Virus record (IMG/VR): IMGVR_UViG_3300044701_002737
Span: 1 to 27,004 of that record
Direction: 5' to 3' (one strand)
DNA from: a virus
Taxonomy: Duplodnaviria > Caudoviricetes
DNA length: 27,004 nucleotides
Shown here piece by piece: positions 21,501-27,004 of the stretch. The position numbers and the translations under genes are program-made. Positions within the stretch are counted from its first letter, which is position 1; each line of letters starts with the position of its first letter. The notes beneath the pieces were generated by a model. It made no database searches and was not told where the DNA came from. It saw nothing but the letters and a program-made list of their open reading frames with translations.

Positions 21501-23855
21501 GCCTCTAACGATAATTTAAATTGGACAACTTTAGACACACAAACAGATAGAAACACATATAATACATTTGCTGGTGCTTTCTATGAGAGTTCAGTTAATA
21601 ACGATTTGTCTGATTATGTTGCAAGATTTATTGCTGTTGGTAATGGTGGATTAATTAGAACATCACATGATGGCATCACATGGTCGACTAGAACTTCAAA
21701 TACAACAAGTAATATTTTCTCTGTTGCTTCTTATAAAGGACAATATGTAGCTACAGGAGCTGGTGGTCCTTTAACAACATCTACAGATGGTATAACTTGG
21801 ATAATGAGAACATCAAAAACAGCTAGTATAATGTATTCGTCTGCTTTTGGAAATGAAAGACATTATTCTGCTGGTGCCGGTGGAACAATCATTTATGCCA
21901 ATAATACATTCTTCGGTTCGAACACTTCAAGTGACATACAAGATAGTACATACGGAAATGGAAGATGGGTCTTTGTTGGAAATGAAGGTACTTTACAAAC
22001 TTCAACAAATGGAGTTACCTTCGTAAGTGCTAACTCACAAACAACTTCTGCTATACTTTCAGTCGTATATGGAAATGGAATATATGTATTAGCTGGTGTA
22101 AATGGTATGATTCGTACATCTACAGATTTTATAACTTGGGATGCAAGAACTTCTGGTACAAGCAGTCATATCAGAAAAATGACTTTCAACAATCAGAGAT
22201 ATTATGCTGTTGGTGATAATGGTTTATTAATCACATCAACTGATGCAATCACATGGGAATCTAGAGCATCTCAAACAACAACAACAATTTATGATATAGT
22301 ATTTGGTAACAACAGACATGTTTATGTTGGTAATAGTGGTGTTGTTTATTCAATCAATAGAGGTTTCTTTGGATTCACAAGTAGTACATTAAATAAAATA
22401 ACTTATGCAAATGGTATATACCTCGCTGGAGGTATTAATGGTACATTAGCCACTTCTACTGATGGTATAAGTTGGAACTCAAGAATTTCAAAAACATCAA
22501 GTAATATTAGATCGATAGCTTATGGTAATGGACTTTACTTAATTGGTTTAGAAAAAGGTGGTCTAAGAACTTCCATAGACTTTATCAATTGGTCTAATAT
22601 ATTAAGTCCAACACCATCAAATACCATACTCGACATAACTTATGCTAATAATAAATTTGTAGTCGTTGGTGCTAATAATATGATTAGAACTTCTACTGAT
22701 TTAGTAACTTGGAATGTAAGTGTTCCAAATTTCTTAACAGTAAATGCAAATACAGAAAATGTTTCAAATGTTACAAGTGTAATTTATACTGGAAGTAAAT
22801 TTATTGTTACGACAGCAAATGGAAATGTTTACACTTCAAATGATGCAACAACATATGAATATTCCCCACTATATAATCCTTTAACACATTATTATGTACC
22901 TAAAGTAAATACTTTTGTAGATATTTCTAGAAGTACTTATGGAACTCCAACAACATCTAATGTAGAAGTTTTTGTTGGAGTAGGAGAAACTACTATAGTA
23001 GATGAAGCAGTAGGTCAAGTTTTATATAGTACCGCAGGAACATTCTCTTGGGTAGCACCAGCTGGAGTAACTTCAGTAAGTGTTGTTACTATAGGTGGTG
23101 GTGGAGGTCCTGCAGCAAGCGCATCAGGAGCTTCAGGTGCCGGCGGCGGTGGTCTTGGATGGAAGAATAACATACCTGTAGTTCCTGGCCAATCTTATAC
23201 TGTTGTTGTTGGTAATGGAGGAACAAGAGTTACATCAGGAACGGCTCCTTCTGGAGGAAACAGTTACTTCATCAATATTTCTACAGTTGCAGGTTTAGGA
23301 GGTCAAGGTGGTCAAGCAGCGCTAGACGCAAACCGGTTAGGTGGAGGATTTGTTGGTGATGGCGGTGGATTTGGTGGTCAAGGAGGAAGCAGATTAGGTA
23401 CTTTAGCCGGTTCAGGTGGTGGCGGTGGTGCTGGAGGTTATTCTGGTAATGGTGGTGCCGGTGGTAATTTTGGATTTAGTGGTGAAGCCGGTTTAGGTGG
23501 CGGTGCTGGTGGCGGTGGTTCTGGTGGTGATGGTGATTCTTCTGGTTCAGGTGGTGGCGTAGGTGTATTCGGTGAAGGTGATAGTGGATTAGGAGGCGCA
23601 GGTTCTACAAATGATGGAGCTGGAGGTTTTGGTGGATCTGGTGGAGGAAATGCCAGAGGTGCCAGCAATACTGCACCAGGAAATATATACAGCACGACCA
23701 CTACATCTCTTGCGGGTTTATATGGTGGTGGTGGTTGCGGTGCCGACACTACTTCAAGTGAACAATCAGCAGGTGCAAGAGGAGCTGTTCGTATAATTTG
23801 GGGTCCTGGTAGACAGTTTCCTAAAACTGGTACAATAGATATAACACCAACATAA
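12573..23855 (+). CDS. Giant (3760 aa) Asp-box/BNR beta-propeller repeat virion protein with split collar-like motifs, an inserted discoidin-like domain and a Gly-rich C-terminal domain; probable fibre/adhesin
   Basis: About 77 blades of ~38 aa (consensus I..I.YGNG.YV..G..G.I.TSTDGITW..RTS.T; manual count). Collar-like YPELANAVG and YPDLYDQIG motifs. C-terminal GQVLYSTAGTFSWVAPAGVTSVSVVTIGGGGG...GARGAVRIIWG Gly-rich domain typical of phage tail proteins. Structural-gene context, no signal peptide seen. Confidence 0.8.
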   Translation: MSFLSNTQYLIQTSVFNRSKVGEPIPVITGTHKDPPNTLANGIFVKTDAVYSRQDYPELANAVGTIFLTQKPLIANLRGGFSGVTSNLNSVLYVTPTSTYIAVGDNGTVLTSANAIIWTTRTSGTTNKLFSVTHGNGLYLAGGLDGTLRSSTNGITWTTRTAPTSSTIFTVGYGNGNFFIGGYPFVHSSTDAVTWSTNLYNTTTGYGNRTFTSFFYGNGIYLWGTDNGNIFSGNTPSELVTYKGGVPGWASQIAYGNSKYVVSSYSGDVGYIYTSANTLNGSWSSTYGTGGAPRYSLAYTNSQFFSSGQSTSCTQISLSSTDAVTWFTRTPLTETVTSIGSLTSPSIVSMTVNGNTVVEVGSTGYVGVFDSVRASDSYPLYYNPTTHFYVPPFTTIPAPFDLADGSTAKITYYVRAKNTGTTGLQAPGFIFSPYITNYGYNEPSELLNGKIVKSNSVFLKTQYPDLYDQIGSVRASPWTPANTLNVAVANTLTKVLYSLGNYIVVGANSTILTSADGANWSVQGTSRDTDAYSDIAYGKGVYLISGRNGIIGSTDPLNWGGGSAFNSTILVQEGVSQLAQTQYGNGTYVVFGYNSSFGVYVHNYSTDGGRTWQRGSTSQTQTTPVNCSVYGNGVFVFVGRADNVYYGPSTSISRASIGGTAGTSAISGACYGGGQFVLVGQSGVIATSPNGSSWTQRTSNTTSYLYGTTYGNDFYLAGGDNGVLLSSEIGTTWDTRTSGTTSTILSMAYGKGTYVYATTGGGLATSTNGITWVQRTSGLSSNINKLIYINSGYFLLGDNLGNLRSSTDAITWSSVPNNSGSSEIYNLGTDDVGYFYIVNGTRNWYYSSSFGSGGNFGLSTTSSIQSMIYANGSFWYAGVNGILGTSTDAVSWDVYPATASPSGSTTTIYTVAYGNGLFFYGDYNGRIATSPNGITWTAPASGTNQQLYSSAYGRTLYLVGGSSGNLRSSTDGTTWLTRTSDTTSWIYTINYSNGLHYLGGSGGLLSTSTDGITWDTYPKFSTTGTTSQINSIIYNSGVYLLGGTGGMLRISANGIVWDTVTSGTASTINNVYYVNGVYHYVGDTGAIGSSTNRITWVSRVSNTSSNIRNIMYANGVFVYVGSGGTLGTSTDYLTWDVFPRVVSSGTTSLIRTFTYGTGLYLYGTDGGGISTSTDSFNWNARTSGTTSAIITSVYNAGLFLVAGAGGMLRSSTDAVTWDTRTSLTTSQINKILFNNGVYVYSGVGGVVANSTDGVDWSVFPRFSTSGTASLINTIVYNNGLFVYGTNGTTSDGVIRTSTDAITWATRTFGVTGTVSVIRYGQGLYTAGGTTGILRTSTDAITWDARTSLTTSQIFSMAYGNGLFAFSGAGGVLGTSTNAVTWSVFPRFSTSGTTSQINALIYNNGLFMYGTTGATAATVLRTSTDAITWDVVNNFGIATTVFALSYGTSRYVAAGASGNLRTSSDTITWDARTSLTTSQINALTYGNGKHVYAGAGGVVANSLDAINWDVFPRFVTTGTSSDIYGMTYGNGVFFYAGLNNAAGSSTDGITWTTRTPGAVAGLEHRAVTYGTRFVLASDAGDLRTSSDTVTWESRSSFTTSNLRAIEYGNGKYLFVGDGGIVSNSTDGVQWETFPRYYTHGTSSDIYSMVYGNGIFVLGGATTNIKTSTDGITWDTRTSSAAVTHRSLRYQNGFYILGSDSGNLQTSTDAITWVSRVSGTTSAIYGLTSNATNTLYVKCGIGGFIGTSTDAILWDVYPRFPTTGTSSQIAATLIANNLYLYSTLTGGLGTSTDGVTWTAQTSGTTSNINALAFGANLYTYAGAGGVLSTSTNGVTWTAQTSGTSSQINALIYANSRYVFGGAAGLIGYSTNGTSWTIAASGTTSAINALTYGRNLYLAAGDGGNIRSSTNGITWDTRTSLTTSQILALTYSNGLFLMTGGGGMLRSSTDGITWDTRTSGTTTVLRALTAYRNRFVLAGNGGLIRTSTDGITWTTEVTGTTGIIYSLSPSSTDLIYGAASGQIGTSKKTFFGSRTTSNLLSMSFGAGLYVAVGASGVVLTSTDAVFWESRTSTTASQLNEIKFFGNQFIAAGVGSALITSPDGITWTARTYGTSTTLNSISYYKNQYFVLGNGGNIRSSTDAITWEVRTGKLNTIWYTSTFGKGTFLYAGQAGNIGISRNNFFGIETTSIMYGLTYGNSRYVAGGAGGAIFTSTDSEHWVSRTSGTTSQINALLFQNNTFVAAGAGGNIRNSTDGITWVTRTSGTTTSLNALSYYKGRFFVKGASGFISSSTDGITWETRSSKTGNILYAGIYGNGVYLYAGQSGLMGISKNNFFGIETTSIIYGLTYGNGQYVAGGAGGAIFTSTDSQTWIQRTSNTSSQINAVFYQNGLYVVAGAGGLISTSPDAINWTTRTSGTATAFNSLGFYRNRYFAQGTSGVMRSSTDGITWETRSSKTASLITSVAYGNNTYLYAGAGGLVGISNDNNFFGIETDQVIYGMSFGNGVYVAGGGAGVIFTSTDTKTWIQRTSGTSSQINAVDFQNNLHIAAGSNGLILTSPDAINWTTRPSGTTQVLSSLGYYRNRYFAGGASGTLISSTDGVTWETRSSKTASSINAMTYGNDTFVYAGAGGLAGISKNNFFGIETSQNINDVTFGLGSYVAVGTAGVIFTSTDARTWVSRTSGTSTQLNSVFFLNDRFVTAGVSGVLRTSTDGVTWDARNSGTISTINKVDYFRNNYVYVGDGGVAGSSTDAVTWNSVFSGTTSQLITSIYSNGVYVSGGAGGTIRPSKNTFFGANTSLQLNSTSYGRNVYVTVGSTGTLRSSTDAITWEVRTASTTSDFNDVVYYNIAVSPTETTNINNISTRAYQYYRFTINAWNTRSSYDYVGVAEIRLYDFGGNLVTISSANATSSYDTVNYVASRVIDNLDSTNNNGWYSGTGGNAETNPKITLNLPVATPIRRYRIYGNNDSSIDISANSWVLEASNDNLNWTTLDTQTDRNTYNTFAGAFYESSVNNDLSDYVARFIAVGNGGLIRTSHDGITWSTRTSNTTSNIFSVASYKGQYVATGAGGPLTTSTDGITWIMRTSKTASIMYSSAFGNERHYSAGAGGTIIYANNTFFGSNTSSDIQDSTYGNGRWVFVGNEGTLQTSTNGVTFVSANSQTTSAILSVVYGNGIYVLAGVNGMIRTSTDFITWDARTSGTSSHIRKMTFNNQRYYAVGDNGLLITSTDAITWESRASQTTTTIYDIVFGNNRHVYVGNSGVVYSINRGFFGFTSSTLNKITYANGIYLAGGINGTLATSTDGISWNSRISKTSSNIRSIAYGNGLYLIGLEKGGLRTSIDFINWSNILSPTPSNTILDITYANNKFVVVGANNMIRTSTDLVTWNVSVPNFLTVNANTENVSNVTSVIYTGSKFIVTTANGNVYTSNDATTYEYSPLYNPLTHYYVPKVNTFVDISRSTYGTPTTSNVEVFVGVGETTIVDEAVGQVLYSTAGTFSWVAPAGVTSVSVVTIGGGGGPAASASGASGAGGGGLGWKNNIPVVPGQSYTVVVGNGGTRVTSGTAPSGGNSYFINISTVAGLGGQGGQAALDANRLGGGFVGDGGGFGGQGGSRLGTLAGSGGGGGAGGYSGNGGAGGNFGFSGEAGLGGGAGGGGSGGDGDSSGSGGGVGVFGEGDSGLGGAGSTNDGAGGFGGSGGGNARGASNTAPGNIYSTTTTSLAGLYGGGGCGADTTSSEQSAGARGAVRIIWGPGRQFPKTGTIDITPT
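15246..17840 (+). repeat. Seven 3-blade super-repeats (363-378 nt) delimited by eight W-x-x-[YF]P linkers
   Basis: Linker Trp codons at 15246, 15612, 15975, 16338, 16713, 17091, 17457 and 17826. An identical 26-mer gtatttccaagattttctacatcagg occurs at 16344 and 16719. Confidence 0.85.
18651..22373 (+). repeat. Seven 4-blade super-repeats (456 nt period) delimited by eight FFG linkers
   Basis: FFG codons start at 18651, 19107, 19563, 20022, 20478, 20934, 21909 and 22365 (spacings 456, 456, 459, 456, 456, 975 = 456+519, 456). An identical 26-mer acatgggaaacaagaagttcaaaaac occurs at 19449, 19905 and 20364. Confidence 0.88.
21102..21620 (+). other. Inserted discoidin / F5-8 type C-like (CBM32-like) domain within a propeller blade
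   Basis: 519-nt in-frame excess over the 456-nt period. Motifs YQYYRFTI, VAEIRLY, ATSSY...ASRVID, GW and WVLEASNDNLNWTTLD. Confidence 0.65.
23013..23855 (+). other. Glycine-rich C-terminal domain of phage tail proteins
   Basis: Begins GQVLYSTAGTFSWVAPAGVTSVSVVTIGGGGG, contains V.PGQSYTVVVG.GG, and ends G.RGAVRIIWG. The DNA is G-rich (GGT/GGA/GGC codons). Confidence 0.75.
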
Positions 23856-23871
23856 ACGAGAAAGAAATTTA

Positions 23872-26739
23872 ATGAGTAATTTTTCAGATTTTTTCATTAA
23901 AAAAAATTATAGAAGAGAAATACAAATTGGTGAACCTTTTTGGAGTTTAGGTCAAAGTAGTTTGCCTGCTAATACAGTGCAACCGGGATCAACGTTAACC
24001 ATAACTACTTGGCCAGAATTGTATGCTAAAATAGGTCAAGTTTACAATCAATATTGGACAAAACAACCATCAAATACCTCATCACAAATATTTGCTTCAT
24101 CTTATAATAACGGTCTCTATGTTGTTGGTGGAAGTTCTGGTGCAATTGTAACATCTACAGATTCTAATCATTGGTTGGTTAGAACATCAAACACATCAAG
24201 TACTATTAGAACCATAACATCTTCAAGTAATTTATTTTTAGGAGCAGGTGATAATTCAGCTTTAATTACTTCGACAAATGGTATCACTTGGTTTACTAGA
24301 GATATAGGAGCTCCTACAAATATATCACTTTATGGTTCAACATATGGCAATTCAACATTTGTTGTTGTTGGAACTTCATCAAATGTAAGAACTTCTACTA
24401 ACGGAACAACATGGGTTTCTAGAGTAGCAGGATTAAATCCAGTAACTAGTTACAATATAAATTCAGTAACTTACGGTCAGGGAAAGTTTGTTTATGTTGG
24501 TTCTTCTGGTGCTGTAGGAACTTCTACAAATGCAATTACATGGGATTATTATCCTAGAGTAAATACCGTTTCTTCAATTCAAGCATATGCTGGAACATAT
24601 GGTAAAAACTTGTGGATTATAGGTGGGCAAAGTGGTCAACTTCGTTCATCAACAGATGGTGTTACATGGGACACAAGAACATCTAATACAACAAGTCAAA
24701 TATGGTCTTTCTCGTATACAAATAATCAATTCTTAATGGTTGGTTCAGGTGGTTTATTAAATTATTCAACAGACGGTATAACTTGGGTTACAAGATCATC
24801 ACTTGTTGGAAATTATATTTACGATATAACATATGGAAACGGTAAATATGTTTATTGTGCTGATGGTGGTATCATAGGAACATCAACTGATTCTGTTACA
24901 TGGGATTTTTATCCAAGATATCTAGGACAATTTGGAAATACAGCAAGATCATCTGTTTATGGTAATGGAATTTATATAATTGGTGGAGATAATGGATCTA
25001 TTATAACATCTACAAACGGTATTAACTGGGTAAGTAGAACATCAAACGCATCGAGTAATCAAATAAGAGGTTTAGCTTATTCTGGTAACTTATATGTTTA
25101 TGGCGCATTTGGTGGTTTAATAGGTTCTTCAACAGATAGTATAACTTGGACCACTAGAACATCTGGAACTACAAGTCAAATTTGGTCTATGACTTACGGA
25201 CAAGGAAAATTTGTATATGTAGGAGCTTCTGGAATTGTAGGCACTTCTACGAATGGCATCACATGGGTTTCAGGCACTTCAGGTGTCGTTACAACACTTA
25301 AAAATGTTAGATTTAAAAATAATTTATTCTTATCTTCAGGTGATAGTGGTACAATTTTAACGTCTACTGATGCTGTTTTTTGGCAAAAGAAAACTATAAG
25401 CACTACAAGTACAATTGATTCTATAAACTATGCGAATGGTCTTTACTTAGCAGGTGTATATGGTGGTGCCATTTATACATCGACTGATGCAGAAACTTGG
25501 TCTTTAAGGAGAACACCATTGTTCAACCAAGGTTATTCTTTTTATGATTTAGATTATTTTTATGGACATCACATTTATGTTACAGATAATGGATATATTG
25601 GCACCTCAACTGATGCAATTACATGGCAAACTAGAACCAATTTTACTGATACAACATTAACTAAACTTTTAGTAAATCAAAATAATAATGAAGCTCTTGT
25701 TTCTGGGGTAAATGGTGTAACATGGATATCTAGAAACTCTCTTTTTGGAGCAACAACTAGAACAAATCAATCTTTCACATCAATTACTTATGGAAATGGA
25801 AAATTCATAGCTGTTGGTTATGATAGTGGTGTAACGCAAGGTTCTATACATACTTCAACAGATGCTATCAAATGGGAAAGAACAGATTTAATTGGAACAT
25901 TTTATTTTGCAGCTGGTTATTCTAATGGTTTGTATATTGCTGGTGGAAATAGTGGTTTACTTAAAACATCTACTGATGGTTATGTTTGGACAACCAGAAC
26001 TTCTAACGCAACACAAACAATCAGAAACATAACATATTACAGAAACAATTATGTATATCTTGGTTATACCAACTTAGGAACTTCTACAGATGGTATAACA
26101 TGGGAAGTTAAAAATGGACAATGGCAAAGTTATGACAACTATGATTCAATTGTCAATAATAATGACTATATGCACATATCAAGTAGTCAAATCGTTGGTT
26201 TAATGAGAAATACATTTTTTGGTTCAAACACACAACAAGAAATAAATACAGTAACCTATTCAAATGGTTTATTTTTGATGGGTGGTCATGTTGTTTCTGG
26301 ATACAATCGTGGTTTTATATCAACATCTACTGATGCTGTCACATGGGTCACAAGAAATTCAAATACAACTTCAACAATTTATACAATAACTTATGGTAAT
26401 GGATTGTATTTAGCCGCAGGTCAGAGTAGAACTTTAGTATCTTCTACTGATAGTATAACATGGACAACAGCAACATATAATACAACTATTTCCAGTTCTG
26501 CTGATATAAGAACATTAAGTTATGCAAACTCAATTTATATATCAGGTGGTCTTTTTCCAAATGTTCATACATCAACAAGCATTTCAATTTTACAAGATAC
26601 GAGTTTAGTTTCAAATAAAAATACACAGTTTTTTGTACCAAACCTAAATATTAGTGGTTCAGCAAATGTGGCTAATATATACTATCAATATCAAAATTCT
26701 TCTCAAACCAATTTTAGATTGTTAATTAGAGCAAAGTAA
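23872..26739 (+). CDS. 955-aa paralogous collar-like / Asp-box beta-propeller repeat virion protein (21 blades)
   Basis: IGEP...TWPELYAKIG at the N-terminus, 21 blades by manual count with two YPR and two (L/F)FG linkers, then TQFFVPNL...LLIRAK at the C-terminus. Same repeat consensus as the upstream giant ORF. Confidence 0.8.
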   Translation: MSNFSDFFIKKNYRREIQIGEPFWSLGQSSLPANTVQPGSTLTITTWPELYAKIGQVYNQYWTKQPSNTSSQIFASSYNNGLYVVGGSSGAIVTSTDSNHWLVRTSNTSSTIRTITSSSNLFLGAGDNSALITSTNGITWFTRDIGAPTNISLYGSTYGNSTFVVVGTSSNVRTSTNGTTWVSRVAGLNPVTSYNINSVTYGQGKFVYVGSSGAVGTSTNAITWDYYPRVNTVSSIQAYAGTYGKNLWIIGGQSGQLRSSTDGVTWDTRTSNTTSQIWSFSYTNNQFLMVGSGGLLNYSTDGITWVTRSSLVGNYIYDITYGNGKYVYCADGGIIGTSTDSVTWDFYPRYLGQFGNTARSSVYGNGIYIIGGDNGSIITSTNGINWVSRTSNASSNQIRGLAYSGNLYVYGAFGGLIGSSTDSITWTTRTSGTTSQIWSMTYGQGKFVYVGASGIVGTSTNGITWVSGTSGVVTTLKNVRFKNNLFLSSGDSGTILTSTDAVFWQKKTISTTSTIDSINYANGLYLAGVYGGAIYTSTDAETWSLRRTPLFNQGYSFYDLDYFYGHHIYVTDNGYIGTSTDAITWQTRTNFTDTTLTKLLVNQNNNEALVSGVNGVTWISRNSLFGATTRTNQSFTSITYGNGKFIAVGYDSGVTQGSIHTSTDAIKWERTDLIGTFYFAAGYSNGLYIAGGNSGLLKTSTDGYVWTTRTSNATQTIRNITYYRNNYVYLGYTNLGTSTDGITWEVKNGQWQSYDNYDSIVNNNDYMHISSSQIVGLMRNTFFGSNTQQEINTVTYSNGLFLMGGHVVSGYNRGFISTSTDAVTWVTRNSNTTSTIYTITYGNGLYLAAGQSRTLVSSTDSITWTTATYNTTISSSADIRTLSYANSIYISGGLFPNVHTSTSISILQDTSLVSNKNTQFFVPNLNISGSANVANIYYQYQNSSQTNFRLLIRAK

Positions 26740-26743
26740 ATAA

Positions 26744-27004
26744 ATGAGTACACTATCACAATTTTTATCAATGAATCCTTTTGAAGATACGCCTTCAATT
26801 GGTGAAATAAAAGTTTTTCCTAGTATTAATATAGGAAGTACAATCATTGATTCTAATAATTATATTAAAGTAGGTTCTATAGTAAGTAAAAATGATTTTC
26901 CTTCTTTGTTTAATGTTATAGGTTATGTAGAAGGATCAAACTATACTCGAAAAAATCCAGGATTTATTGCTACAGTTTTAGCAAATAATAGATGGTATGG
27001 ACTT
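26744..27004 (+). CDS. Partial CDS (3'-truncated), another collar-like paralogue
   Basis: Not in the supplied ORF track. ATG 4 nt after the previous stop; open for 87 codons to the window end: MSTLSQFLSMNPFEDTPSIGEIKVFPS...GSIVSKNDFPSLFNVIG..., sharing the IGE and [YWF]P.L...IG motifs with the two upstream genes. Confidence 0.75.
   Translation, partial: MSTLSQFLSMNPFEDTPSIGEIKVFPSINIGSTIIDSNNYIKVGSIVSKNDFPSLFNVIGYVEGSNYTRKNPGFIATVLANNRWYGL

Noticed and set aside
23013-23855. GC-richer Gly-rich tract as collagen or horizontally acquired DNA
   Set aside because: There is no sustained G-X-Y triplet register. The composition shift is explained by Gly codons in a common phage tail domain.
553-25403. 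Short minus-strand and alternative-frame ORFs in the supplied track (60-103 aa), including the Pro-rich one at 23438-23749
   Set aside because: All lie wholly within long, well-supported plus-strand genes. They are shadows of codon bias and repeats (e.g. antisense of Gly codons gives Pro).
12573-26739. Annotation as sialidase/xyloglucanase or photosystem II assembly factor Ycf48
   Set aside because: Asp-box blades are shared structural motifs. I saw no catalytic signature, and the context and collar-like motifs point to virion structural proteins.
1-27004. Stop-codon recoding or programmed frameshifts
   Set aside because: Coding density is near complete under the standard code, and TAA, TAG (2213) and TGA (12574) each end genes at sensible boundaries.

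Overview
AT-rich, all-plus-strand structural gene block of a large T4-like myophage (gene order as in cyanomyoviruses and uncultured aquatic T4-like phages). It contains, in order: 5'-truncated baseplate wedge gp7, gp8, a 1990-aa VrlC/DUF4815-like structural protein and its small coiled-coil neighbour, a heptad-repeat fibre with a C-terminal S74 intramolecular chaperone, a small fibre/connector protein, a GT-A glycosyltransferase, and a tandem family of tail-collar-like proteins filled with Asp-box (S-T-D-G-x-T-W) beta-propeller blades (3760 aa, 955 aa, and one running off the window end). The main observation is that the blades are not a plain tandem array. By my manual count, 8 'W-x-x-[YF]P' linkers spaced 3 blades apart are mirrored by 8 'FFG' linkers spaced 4 blades apart around a central 7-blade block. 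This suggests 7-bladed propellers recursively nested inside one another (3 blades out + 4 blades back), with the whole stack inserted into a split tail-collar-like domain. The 955-aa paralogue follows the same arithmetic at shallower depth. All family assignments come from motif recognition by eye; no searches or structure predictions were run.
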